Assembly: GCA_046563655.1 (NCBI GenBank)
Contig: CM102285.1
Coordinates: forward strand, 13,578,001 to 13,642,000
From: Yuukianura sp. NJ FZ-2021
Lineage: Eukaryota
DNA: 64,000 nucleotides
Direction of reading: 5' to 3'
Shown here: positions 12,107 to 25,098 of the stretch, one piece after another
Layout: every line of letters begins with the position of its first letter
Position numbering within the stretch: position 1 is the stretch's first letter
Notes under the pieces: generated by a model
The model's input: only the letters and a program-made list of their open reading frames with translations
Databases searched by the model: none
What the model was told of the DNA's origin: nothing
Program-made: the position numbers and the translations under genes

Positions 12107-14280
12107 TTTTACAGCAAACTCAAGTATTCTCACACTTCAGTCGTACGTTAACGGTTCTCCTTGGACACTTTCTGGACCAAAATTCGGACCGTGGTGAGTG
12201 TTGGACAACGGCTGAAGAGTCAGTGACACTCCAAACACCACTTATGAAACGGAGGGAAAGAAAACTTTGGTGCTTCCTTGAGCAAGCTTTTTGGAACGGT
12301 GCTTTCCCTACAGTTATTTCCCTGCTAACAAACACGGAAAGAAGCACAAGGCTTTTGGACCAAACCTCACTGCGTCTGCTCATTCACCCTCAGAAACCAA
12401 AAAACTCTGCTGGAAACTCTTCTATGTGAGTACGACAGAAGCCGTTGCTGTGAAGTTGGAAAACTCATCGCAGACTGCTATAGGAGTTTGCCCAGTCAGC
12501 ACATCACCCCTTCTGGGGTAGCTCCACAAGCTGATCAGCTTGCTATGTGGTTAGCACACCAACTCAAGCTTATTGCTACCAATTGGTGCAACAGACGCCA
12601 GCTGATTTCATCGCGTTAAGCTGATCTGCAAACAACGCCATCTAACCCACCTAACCTCAACTTCCCACAACCTTCACTTCGGAACCTCTCAACGACGGAG
12701 CGGGGAAGCGATCCCGTGGCCTGCAATCGCAGCTTAGCACATAACACCACCCAGCTAGCACCAAAGAGTTGCCTTGCTCCACTGAAACAGAGAGTAACGA
12801 CCCAATGACCTTCACTCTCCTCCGCACTCACGACAATCACTCCCAAATGACCACAAAACATAGGCCCAGCGTCAAAAACTATATTATAGGCTATGGATAG
12901 TCACTAATTAATCATCAACTTTTCACCACCTAATTAACACCACTTCTCCAAAATACCTCAAACACTTGAAATTGAGCAGCATCAGCTATACAACGTGACC
13001 AAGTCCAAAATGCACTTGGACTTTTAATCTAAAAACGAAACCCATGCAACACTTTTTAGTCTAAACCATATGCCCTTAACTCGCTTTACTTTTAGTTTAG
13101 TTGTCAACTTAACTAGGCCCTGACCGCAAATCCATTAGGCCTTGACCACTACGATCTTAATTCAGCCTTCTTTAGGCTTAATTTGTATTTAAAAGCACAA
13201 CTACTTATTAAGTTTCCACCACCCCAACGTTAAAAATACTTTCAATTTACATCCATAATCGTAACCAACCAACCAGTGTTTGGTTTTTGGAACGAACAAT
13301 GATGATGATGACACATAGTATCAGACATGAAAACAGGAAAGCGACGAAAAATTGTGACTAATTCATAACCTAACCCACGTTTTTGTTTTAGCTGTCTACT
13401 TACAGGTCAAAGTGACATTCCAAAGCGGATGGTCACCTTTGAACTACTGCGCCTGCGCATGACACTGATATTACTCAAACACCACCACAACACATAGCAG
13501 GACAGTTCAAAAATTCTTAGCAATTTACTCATTTTCCTTCTTAAATTTGACCTAAACTTCTTCGAAATCGAGGCTTAGGAAACTCCAAGCCTCAAAAGTT
13601 CTAAACCGGAATCCAAGCTTCATCGGTTTTTCATGCACCAAAAAAAAAAAAAAAATTTGAACCGAAAAAAAAAATGCAGAGAGCTGCAGTTTGGTCTGAA
13701 GCGTGTCCCAAAGGCGGAAGCAGGACGATGGAATTCAAGTAAAGTAAAAACGCAGCTACAAAAAAAAAACGCAAGTTCTAAAAACTCTCCCCTACGTTCC
13801 ACGTGCCATCGTTTTTGAAGAGGGTGTTGCCATTGGAAACACCCTCGCACTGCACACAGCACACGCAGTCTACCCGGGCACTGTGCGTAAAGTAGTAAAC
13901 CTTCCAGACAAAACTTTCGGGTTTCTGCTGGCTCCCGGTTCCAAAAACGACTTCAACAAAAAAAATTGAAACGACCAAGCTGGGCTCGTTCCCCTATCTT
14001 GATGTTTGATGGTTCTAAATAATGCGGCGTCCTACTGAACAGGAAGGGGAAGTAGAGGGGAAAATAGGCTTCAAAAAAAGTGAATGGGAATGAAAAGGAA
14101 AAGTTATTTTGAACTCGGAGGCCAAGTACCCAAGTGCCTTACTTATTTTTCCGTTTAGGGCAAGGACACCTTCAAGGGCACCAACACCAAGGGATCAGGG
14201 TGGACTTGGAAAAAAATTACACGAAAACAACAACGGATGCACTTGAAAACGAAAATAAAAAATCGGGTACACTTAAAATA

Positions 14281-14552
14281 AAAAATGAAAAGTGCGGGTG
14301 GACTGAAAAACTAAAAATGAAAAAATTCCCTTTAAACTTTTTTTAATTTTGAAATTTCAAAAACATTGAAAAGTCCATTCAACTTGAAAAATGAAAAGTG
14401 CGGGGGGACTTGAAACGGAACACCAAAAAACGTCGAGTTGAAAAATGAAAAGTGAAAATTGAAAAAATGAAAAGTGTGGGGGTGGACTTGAAACTGAACA
14501 CCAAAAAAAAACACGCTATAGACTTAAAAAATGAAAAGTGAAAAATGAAAAG
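14281..14552. repeat. Degenerate tandem repeats of AAAAATGAAAAGTG(CGGGGTGGACTTGAAA)
   Basis: At least six AAAATGAAAA(GTG) cores, three of them followed by G-rich GGACT(T)GAAA. Confidence 0.6.
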
Positions 14553-14560
14553 GGCCTTAC

Positions 14561-14678
14561 CGAGCGGAAGGTGCGGATCGGATGGGCCCTTGGCACTTGC
14601 TCTAGGGCCCTGCAGGGCTTCTTTTGGAGAAACGTAGGGCAGGGGGACCCTGAACGTCTCAGGGCTATTTCTGTCCAT
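14561..14678 (-). CDS. Eip75B: E75 alternative first coding exon
   Basis: ATG at 14678 encodes 39 aa (MDRNSPETFRVPLPYVSP...PHLPL) plus G before a GTAAG donor. Phase 1 is compatible with DBD exon 1. Confidence 0.6.
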
Positions 14679-17600
14679 TCTGCTTTCTTTTTATCCTTAG
14701 CTGCTTTCTCTCTCTACTTTCTTTTATCTCTCTAAATCTCTGGAATTCCTTCTAAAGAAAGTAAGTTTGTATCCTCAGGAGGAGATTTCTGGAAGCGTGT
14801 CCTCATAGATCTGAACTTGAACTTGAACTAGGAGAAGTGCAGAAGGAGTTTCGTGTGAAATTGAGAGCATAGAGTAAAGTACTAAAGTAAAGTAGTAAGT
14901 TAGATATTCCAAGTTAAGTGGAGGAAAAAGAAGTAAAGTTCCCTCCACAACTGGAACTGCGCACTCTGCCAGTCAGAGTTCAGTGCCTCCTAGCCTTCTA
15001 ACATTAACATTCTCTGAACCAGTCGAAGGACACACAGGGAAAAAAGAAAGAGAGAAAGACTGGACAACAATTGCTATGCCAAATACTTTCTGGAGATTAA
15101 CACCTTCTAAACTTTCCAGTCCAAAAAACCTACACTTTTTAGTCCAAAAAACTAAACTTTTCAGAAAAAAACAACACACCTTCAACCACATTCTGGCGCG
15201 AACGCCTACTCCAGTCATCATCGAAAAAAACAACCGAGACGCGTCGTTTTTTGCAAATAAAATGCTAAAACACTCCTCTCATTCTTTGAATCGCAAAATA
15301 TTTTGGTACGAAAACAAAGAAAAACGAGAGAAGGATGAGATGCCGCCAGAACTCGTCATCTCCACACGCTCACTCACTCACAAAAAAAACGCCGACGCCA
15401 AGATTCGAACTCGCGAACTCCAGAAGAGTTCAAGGGCAAAGCATTCAAAGACCTACTGAGATCCAAGGACAACCTGCCTAACGATCCGCATCCTTCTAAG
15501 CCAAAAACCTATAGTCTTTTTACCAATTTCACTTTCAATTCTTAACAATGGACAGATTGAGTTACGCGCGATCCTGCTCTTAGGTAATTCACCTTAACCT
15601 TAACATTTCAGTTCAACCTAACCTTAAAATTTCAATTCAACCTAACATTTAGTATTTACTCAAATTTTGAGTAGAATTGCATCAGAAAACTGATCTTCCT
15701 GAGAACATATCATCCTTAATAGGCTTCTACAAGATCCAATTCCACCGAAAATCTTTTGCTTGTCACCCGACCCACTCTCAAGGCCACCAAAATTCACCCA
15801 CACAAAAACTTAACAGGAAAAGAAGATTCACAAGGAAATCCCATTGAAGTGGCTATTGAGAGACATCCACCACTTTCAGTTTCATCCCCCCTTACTTTTT
15901 AGTGGGGGGAGGAGGAGGGGGTATACTTGGAAAAGCATTGAGGAGATCAATTCAGGTCTGAAAGAACTTCGTAGAACTTTGTGGGACCAACGACCCAATG
16001 ACCTTCCTCACCTCTACGCTCAGAGTCAGGGAGAGAGCCACAGCCAACTTTCTCTGCGTCAACTCACCTCGCCTACACTTTTTCCCCTAAAGCTACACAG
16101 GATGCTGGATGCTGATGCTGATGCTGGGGAGAAAGCATCTCGAAATAGGATTTCCACAGACGCTGTCGCTCTGCTGTCTGACTCACAAACTTTCCCCACC
16201 ACACACACAGCACACGTTTTCACTTCAAACATTTTTCAAAATCAACCAAACCACTACTGTCTAACGTGTCACCAAAAATTTTTCCAAATTTGAATTGATG
16301 TGGTGCACTTTCAAAAAATTTGAAATGTAAGCAGGGTGTAAATTTTCAGAAGACAAAAGTTGAGGCAACTTTCACCGAAAAAGGAGAAAATCCAAATCAA
16401 AATTAAAGAAAATCCGTTTTTCAAAAACATCAAAAATTACAACAAAAAATTAATCAATCAATACGATGAAATGATATTAGTCAAAATTTGAATTTGGAAA
16501 GTTATTGCAATCTCAAGTGTCATTTTGATTGTTGAACAATAGATCGAATGACCATCAAATTCAAATTGATCAATTGACTGCTGACCATCAACCAATAGCC
16601 TTGCAGAGATTAAATCTTTGAAACACGTTTGTCAACAGGATTACAATGATTAATCAAACGTGTTACACACCTACGAACATCAATAACACATCGATTAACT
16701 TAACAAGTACAACTTTCACTTATTCAAGGGCCCCCTCCTGCCCCTGTTCAATCATATTTGGAAACTTCCATCTTTGTTTCATGCATTTCATATCTCTTTC
16801 TTTCCTTTTTTGTCAATTAGAAACTGAAGACGATTAAATTTATGCCAAAAGTCATGAACTCCCATTAACCTATATTTTCATAGACACTTTGTTATGCTGA
16901 CACTTCCAACTAAAAAAACTAAATGCTCAACTGTTTTCAACTGTTTATGTTTATGTTTAAAAATAAACACATCGATTAATGCGATGGTTGAACTCTTCGT
17001 CAACTCTTTATGAATCACTTTTCACTTGTCAATTGTTTATCTCGTGACCCGCTATGGCTAGTCATTACAAATCCATTGTCCCACTTTTCACAAAGACAAT
17101 AAAATTCGAAACCAAAAAGCTACAAGTGAAGCCAATTTTGAAAAAAAAGTGCAGTACTAATAAAAATTCAGATCAAAATATTTTCGTTCAGATCAAAATT
17201 TGCTCTTTAGCATAACCTTGACATGGATGCTTCGTTGTACAAGAAGAAAAAAAAATGCTTGAAAAGATCTTGTTTTTTTTCTTTTTCTTTTTTTCGAAAA
17301 AAAAAACCTGCGTTCGCAGCTCGACTGCAATAATTAATTGGAAAAGGAAGAAAATGCAGGGCCCTGAACTTTCTCTAGTGAAAGTCCATGCTGTTCGTTT
17401 CACAACGTAAAAGCATAGTAGATTTTGAGCGTAAAGCCTAGAAGGGGGTAAAAGTGCAGCAAGAAAGCTCACAAACTGACACAGGAGGGTGAAAAACAGC
17501 GTGGCTTGGTTAGGGTGTTACCATGGAAACCCCCTACTTCCACACTTTCTCCCATCGCTTTACTTTCCACTGGACTTTCTCCACTGACTTCCTTCCAAAA

Positions 17601-17808
17601 ACCAGCAGCAGTAGTGCACTATGGCTTCGGGTTTCAGGTTTTCACTATGACATGTCAGGATATAACCAACTTAACACACTGAATTTTTCAAAATTTTCAG
17701 TTTTCGAAATTCAAAAAACCAGCGTTTTCAAGCATTGTAACTCAAATTTTTAAATTTAAAATGCAATTTAGGAAATTTTGAAATTCAGAAAAAAAATTTT
17801 GTACTCAC

Positions 17809-17962
17809 CGAGCGTCGACGCTGAAGCGGCTTGAGACGGGCACGTTGTTGCTGTTGTTGTTGATGTGGGTGGAGAAGCGTCTTTTGGTTCTTGGTTTCTG
17901 CTGGAAGTTGGTGGGGCCGGTGGGGCGTAGGGCAGTGGGGCCCTGAATTCAGGGGTCCCCAT
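17809..17962 (-). CDS. Eip75B: E75 alternative first coding exon (distal, E75C-like)
   Basis: ATG at 17962 encodes 51 aa (MGTPEFRAPLPYAPP...ASTL) plus G before a GTGAGT donor, phase 1. The exon has an acceptor at 18090, and an upstream exon ends at 18311 with a GTAAGT donor. Confidence 0.65.
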
Positions 17963-19787
17963 GACTTGTTCCACGTTGTGTAGTTGCAGCGGTGTTTCTT
18001 GGTGGCTGTGTTCCGTTGAACTTGAACTTCAAGTGCTTGAGTCCCAGTGAACTCCAGTAGTACAAGATGCAGTTCTGTGGTGCCCAATTCTGAAAACCAA
18101 AAAGAAAGTTAGAGAGGGTTGGATGGTGGAACTGCGCAGAGGAATTTTCCCCAACAGAGTTCAATGCCTCTCTCTTTTCCACTTCCTACTTACACAACTC
18201 CAAAATGTTAGTAACGAAGCTCATGCTGGTGCTGGTAGTACTCCGTGTGCTTGGCAGCATCAACTTTCTCGGATGTTATGCACTTTCTCCTCCGTTCAGT
18301 AAAAACTTACTTTCGTCCATGTCCTTGAACATGTTGAGGGCCTTGTCCCACCGTCCTTGAACATGTCCCCACCCAAGTCCTTCTTTTGTCCTGTTTTGAC
18401 ACGCGCCCATTGTTGTTTTTCAGAAGTAGTTTGTGGTTTTTCGAATTATAGGGGCGGGGAAAGTTGTTTGCAGGGTGGAATTGCTTCTACGTTGTTCTGG
18501 TTTCTTGTTTTGCCGTAGAATTTGAACATTTGTTGTAAAACTCGAAGCTTTTTAGTAGAATTTGAGGATTTATGTGGTGAAGAGCTGCAGTGACTTCATA
18601 TATGGTTGTTTTCAATTGTTTTGAGACTCCATTGGAGAAAAGGAGAGTCATGTTGTAGTATTTGATTGTGGGTTTTGGGTGCATTGGACCTTGTTTTGCG
18701 TCGAATACGATGCCAACAGTCTCTTGCCCTCCTGTCATTGATTCGCTTTGGGTTGAGAGAACTCTGCCGCTAGTTCAAGGGAAAGGAGCCATTGACTCCT
18801 TGCACGACGATGGCAATGGCACGCCAAAACCAAAAAACAACTTTTCTCTTCTTTGCTTCTTCGTTCTTCTGCGAGCATAAAAAACATTCTGAAATTCCAA
18901 CCAAAAAGAGATGAGCTTCATCCTCGTCTTCTGCTAAACTTCTTTTGCCTGCATTCTTCCATGGTCCAAAGTCTCTTGATTTCAGTTTCAGTAGTTCAAT
19001 GGCTCACGAGAACCACCCACCCACAAAAGCATACAACATCCAACTTTTTCACTCTCACACACCTATAAAAAAATTTTGGCATACGATTAGACTTTGATTG
19101 CCAAAAACATTGTTTCATTCCAAAATCCAAAAACAGTTTTTACCTCCTCATGTGAATAAATTGGACAGTCATAGTTCATAACATTGGAATTTGAGATTGG
19201 CATTATGACCACATCATTACATCATTCCATTGTATGTCATTCCAGAGTCCAACAGATGATGATGATGATGAGGATGATGACAGGAGAGGATTGCAGGAGA
19301 AAATTGCAAACGTTTGCAAAATGATGAGATTGGATAACTGTAGGAGCTGAAAAGATACAAGGAATGCAGAGGTTAGAAGGTTATATGGAGTATCAGATTC
19401 ATAATCCAGCGATTATCAGTTTCAGCAATGAAAAACAAAATTCACAATTTGTGAAAACATTCACGATTTGTGAAAAAATTCGCAATTTGTGAAATCCGAG
19501 AACATTTTGATGTCAATGGATCATCATCGGATCCCTGTTAAAATGCCACAGAATGCTCTCGAATTTCGAAATCGTAGCATAATTGACTAAGATGATACCT
19601 TCATAAGGTTATGTCAACGTCCTGTCACTGAAACAAGGTCAATGAAGGATGTCAACAAAATTTCAAAATTTTTAAAATTTGCGAAATTTCAGTGTTGAAT
19701 TTTTAATTAAAGTTAGTTAAGGAATGTACTTAACCTGGAAATTGTTAGTTGTGGTGGATGTTAATTAAAAGTAGTTGATGTCCTGCT

Positions 19788-21568
19788 TCAATGCTTTTCC
19801 TTCTTGACTTTTAGTTTTTCCAGAAGTGCAACGAAGAATCCATCGGTTCGATCTTGTTTGTGATCAGCCACTACACAAAGATTGGCCCACGGATAGTTCC
19901 GATTCTCCAGTCGATGAGGCCACGATTCAAGAGCATTTTTCAGTTTGAATCCAGGATTCTCTTGTAATGCAAAGGCTATTACATCTTCATTCTCTTCTGG
20001 AAATATTGAGCAAGTTGAGTAGACTATTCGCTTTACTCCGGGAAACTTCATGGCGTGGAGCAACAGTTTCTTTTGACAGAATGACAGGGATTCGAGACGA
20101 CCGCGTTGGTTCTTTTGTTCATCGAAGTGAGCATCAATTCGACCGTACATTCCTGAGATTAAGTTAATCTTAAGTTTGAATTGTGTTATCGATTGATTTC
20201 AACAGTGTTAGGAATTACCTGATCCAGAACACGATGGATCCAGTAAGATGTATTCCACATCCGGATGTTGGGAGGGATCAATATCACTGAAATTGTTCCT
20301 TTCGACCTGTACACAAGTGAGACCCAGCCACTCTTTCATTTGTTCCAGTGTTTCAGCCCGTTTTGTGCTTTTCTCCACTGCCAGTATTTGACCTTCGTTT
20401 CCCATTAGTGCTGCCAAGTGAGAAGTCTAAAATCAAAACAAAAGTTGAAACTAAAGGAACATAATCTAGTATGATGTAATTTGACTTACCTTCATTCCAG
20501 GAGCAGCGCATGCATCTATCACTTGACGACCACGGCGAGGTTTTAGAGCTAAGGCTGGAAGGCAACTTGCCTGTTCAAGACAGATGAATGAATTCCGGTA
20601 ACAGGAGGCAATGCTGAATTTAAATTAATTCAACTAATTGATCATCATACCTTATCTTGGAGAATTAAGGTTCCGTTGTTGTACAATTCATGAGAATGAA
20701 ATTCAGTGGACGGTGGGAAGACGAGAAGATTTTCTACAAAGGTGTCCCTGCAAAATTCTTGAGGGTTCCATCCTTCCAGCAGATTTTCTGGCGGATCCCG
20801 CTCTATCCATCCTTCAGATTGAAACCAATCAACGACTTCTTCTAAAGTTGACATCAAGGTGTTGACCCGAACGTATCTCGGTTTACGCAAAACTTCTCTT
20901 TCTTTAATTCCAGTTCCGAGTGTACCTGAAGAAGTACAACAAACACCAGTTACGTTTATCAGAATCTTGTCATCTTGGATAGAGAATTCCGTAACTCACC
21001 TTGATCCGTTCCATTTTTCCTGTTCTTGCGTTCCAGTTTGAGCAGTATGGAATGCAACTTGCCTTCATAGTTCCGAATCGTAACGACTGGTTTGGCTTCT
21101 CCGCCGAGCCGCTTCTTACCCCACAACAGCTCCGTGATCAAGATTTTGGCTAATGGAATCGACAATCCGGGTTCATTCTCTCGCAGTCTAGCTTTTGTTA
21201 GCAACGTTTCCAGCAGCGCATTGTTCTTGAGAGTTTCGGAAACAAGAGCAGTTAGTGCCTTTGTATTCTAAAATTACAAAATAAACGTTAGTCAAACGAT
21301 ACGGACATTCAGGGATTCAGTCTTGTCTGAAATTCTTCTTGATAACAACCAATTGATTCTTCTTTCTTACCGGATGCTTGATACTGTACACTGATGCTTT
21401 CAGTCCTTCTCCGTTTTCTTCAACGTTTCTTAGCGCTTTGGCAGCTTCTTTGTACAATCGTGGAACTTTTACAGAATGGACTCTCTTAGTCTTACCTTCG
21501 GCTTCCTGTTTCTTCCCAGCAAACGGCTCCATTTCCATGTTGTCCTCTCCAACTTCTTTGTCATCCAT
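19788..21568 (-). CDS. NSUN5: 28S rRNA cytosine-C5 methyltransferase NSUN5
   Basis: Multi-exon gene with PRYVRVNTL, LILQDK-ASCLP, VIDACAAPGMKTSHLAA, ILLDPSCSGSG, IVYSTCS (both catalytic Cys) and TDGFFVA. Confidence 0.93.
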
Positions 21569-22683
21569 GTTAACGGGTATTGTGATTAGCACGTCGACGA
21601 TTAATTAACAGCTTCAAAGTAACTAAAGCACTGTGCAAAATTCCTAGAAAATAGAAACAAAACAAATGAAATGACAAGCAGAAAAGCATGTGCTCTTTTT
21701 TCTTTTGTTTTTTTTAGCAAGTTTGTCTCTTTCGAATTTCAATTTTCGCGGGTAGGCGGAGCCAACCAAAACCAGCGTCTCTTGGTTCGGTATTCATCTT
21801 ATTGGAAAACATTTTTGCGTTCGGCATCATCATCTGGCATCCAGATTTTTCAAATTTACTAAACAAACTCTAAGGTCATTTGCTGACCTTTCGTTAAAAA
21901 AATGCTCGCCGTAAATAAAAAATGCTCATGAGACAGCTTCTGAAGTTGCGCACTAGATTAATCGTTTCTACAGAAAACCCTACGCCTACCGTAAAAAAGT
22001 CAACTACCGGTTCAGGAAGTTTTTCGCGATGTTTTTAAAGCTGTCCCAAGAAAATGTCTCAGGTCAGAGGTAAGAATGAGAGTATGTCACCATGATATTT
22101 TCTGAAACCAGCATCATCGTTCCGCAACTTGATTCCGATCTTAAACATTACAGCATCTATGATGATGATGATGTACGCAAACGGCTGCATGATCAAAGCG
22201 TTTTCATAATGCTCTGAAAAATGACATCTAAACTTACCGTTGCTGCGTGGTGTAGATACTGGCGCTGCTAATAACTATTTCGTAATCATGTCTTCGGATC
22301 ATCCACCATCCGCCTTCGGAGAGTTCAGAATCTTCCTCCCGGATTACCCAGATCGAACATTTCTTGAATCAAGGAATTGTCTTGGAATTTGTTCTGAGCC
22401 TTCCTGGACAACTGCCAACTCCACATCAAGAAAAACGGTTCTTCTTGTTCATCGTTTCTGCGAGTTTCTTTCCAAAAAGGAGCGAAGAGAAGGACCAGCG
22501 GTGAATCTGGCTAAAAATACTTGCACAACCAGAATATCGGATGACGAGCACAAGCCAACTTATTTTTAGTCTTCATTTCCTCTAGGATTCTCCTCGTCTT
22601 CGAGTCTCTCTCCAAAAATCAGTCCAAGTGCTTCTCATCTTCTCCTTCCGAGTCGACGTCTTACCTAAAAGGATTCAATCAAA

Positions 22684-23634
22684 ATGGTAAGTGCTACAAA
22701 AAGTTATCACTAAAAATTTAAACTGAATTAATCAATTGACGAATTCATCAATCTAATTCTTACATTTTCATCTCCAGACGGATTTGAGTGCTAAAGACGT
22801 TGAGCGTAAGTGGAATAATTGTTGAGAATTTGAACTGTTGAGTTAATTGAACTGAATTGTTGAGGTAATTGATTGTTGTGGAATTCCAGGAGCCAAGTTT
22901 GCCTTTTCCATATACGATTTCGAAGGAAAAGATACAGTAGACGCGTTTCATCTGGGAGATGTCCTCCGAGCTCTTGGATGCACGCCCACGCTCAAACTTG
23001 TAGAGAAGATGGGCGGTACCAAGAAGAAGAGTAAGTGGGTCACGCCAATGTTCTGCAACATTATGAAAATTTTAAATTTTAAAAAAGTGGGAAAAATTTC
23101 GAAAAACGAAAGTTTCCAGGGAATTGAAACTTGATTTGACTTGCGCAGATGAGAAGCAGATGAAGGTGGACGAGTTCCTGCCAATATTTTCCCAGGTGAA
23201 GAAAGATAAGGATGTGGGTAACATCGATGATTACATGGAATGTCTCAAGCTGTACGACAAACAAGGGGATGGAAAGATGCACCTTGCAGAACTTAACCAC
23301 GTCCTTCAGTCACTAGGTAAAAACAAAATTTTTCAAAATTTCGAACTTTGTTCTTTAAAAAACTGAATTTTCGTTTTTTTGAACTTACAGGCGAGAAGCT
23401 GGAGAAGAGCGAAGCAGAGGAAATCCTGAAGGACTGCGCAGATCCGGAAGACGAAGACGGTTTCTTCCCATATGCACGTAAGAAAAAATTGTTCAAAAAT
23501 TTTGAAAAGTTTACCTAGAACTCAATTTCAAAAAAATTGTTTCATTTAAAAAAAAATTTTTTTTGTTTGTTTTGTAATTTTTTGTAGCGTTCTTGAAACG
23601 TCTAATGGCCGGCCCATTCCCCGATGCAGAGTAG
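22684..23634 (+). CDS. Mlc1: Myosin light chain alkali (essential light chain)
   Basis: ATG-only first coding exon (22684-22686), then [10 protein letters not shown] / [12 protein letters not shown]...LGDVLRALG / [15 protein letters not shown]...LKLYDK / GEKL...[12 protein letters not shown] / [15 protein letters not shown]. Confidence 0.93.
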
Positions 23635-24044
23635 ACATTTCAATAAATTTAAACTTTAAGAAATCACATCTGAAAATTACTGCTACAACCGGATTCTGTT
23701 CAAATAAAAATTGGCCGCTAAAGGAAGGAGTTTTAACATCAACGGATTTAAATTGTTCTAAATCATGAGTTTCAGTTTTAGTTGATTATTTTCATTCTTG
23801 GAATAAAAATTTATCTCGCTAAATTCAGAAAATCATGAAGTTGAACTTGACGGTTTTTTATTTGAATGAAAGTGGATAATCGTTTGTTTGGATTTTGGAT
23901 TTTCTAAGTAAGAGTATGACTAAACATACTAAATTGACCAGGTTATTTTCCAGTAATCCGTTCGCGTATTCAATTTAAACTAAACCTGGCGTATGATTGG
24001 CAGCGATGTTCTACTTTTGAAGTTGAATGGATACAGAAGAAGGC

Positions 24045-24655
24045 TTATTTTTCTGCCCATTCCTTCCGCTCCGCAAATTCCTTTCGCACTTCGTCTAAAT
24101 AAGGAGCCAAGTACCAATTGGTTTTCTAAACAAAGCACAATAAATGAGTCCTGTAATTAATCAACTAAAAATTTGTCCTAATTAAGACTTACGTCATCAG
24201 CACTTATCCATTCCTCCTTGGGAAGGACTCGTTTCAACATACAGTAGTGCATTGCTCGATGAATTCTAAATGCTCGTTCATCCTTCATGTAATCCGGGAG
24301 ACGACGTACCGCTTCCTTCACGTCCGGATGGAATTCAGTCAGCATATCATGAGTCTTTAGTCCTGCAACAAGCAACAATAAATTGTGGAGGGACACACAT
24401 GAATTAATCATTTATGAGATTATGATAAGTTAGCGTTAAGGAAAAGTATGGTTTACCGTATTGATTGAACCGTGATGTATTGTAGAGTAAGCGATACAAC
24501 GCATCTGCAAAATAACACAATATATTTAGCTACCATATCGAATCGACAGATGATCTTGCATTCTTTCGTATTCAATCACTGCATTGTAAAGATGTAGTCG
24601 AAAGGGGCTTACATTTGAATCCCGTCTTCGAGCTGGAAGCTGCTGCACTCGCCAT
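24045..24655 (-). CDS. UQCRB: Cytochrome b-c1 complex subunit 7
   Basis: Four exons encoding YNTSRFNQYGLKTHDML...DVKEAVRRLP...DERAFRIHRA...LPKEEW...YLAPYLDEVRKE. Confidence 0.92.
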
Positions 24656-25098
24656 GTTTGGTAATCAGCTGTTAGTGGCAAATCAATTAACTGGATACAA
24701 TTGAGAGTAAAAGGCGAAGATCAATCCCTCGTCGACACGACAAGCACTGAAGTTACAAACAATCCGAAAAATCGGGAGTTTCCTTCACTTTTAGCTTTAG
24801 CATGAAACGATCAGATGTTCGATACCCGGATTTTTTTTCTAAAAAACTCCAAGACCAAAAATGCAAATTCACATTCAAATTTCCCGCGAGCTTATTTTTG
24901 TCTCAATATGCCCCACTTGCAGCATACGACTGCAGGATTATTGCAGAAACAATAACATTATTACTTAAAACTCATCAAATGTATAATTTTATTTAAATTA
25001 ATTAAACTCGTGTAATAAACTAACATTATATTTTAAATATAATCTATAATTATTATAGTTTAAATAAATGTTCAACAAGCTTAGTAGTAAGTGTTGTT

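Noticed and set aside
14983..16293. 158-aa and 149-aa plus-strand ORFs in the E75 intron
   Set aside because: Non-ATG starts, low-complexity composition and no domain similarity, so likely chance ORFs.
22054..22074. ATGTCTCAG followed by two GT donors upstream of Mlc1 (possible alternative first exon)
   Set aside because: The stronger GTAAG donor is out of phase with Mlc1 exon 2 and the in-phase donor is weak, so it is unsupported without transcripts.
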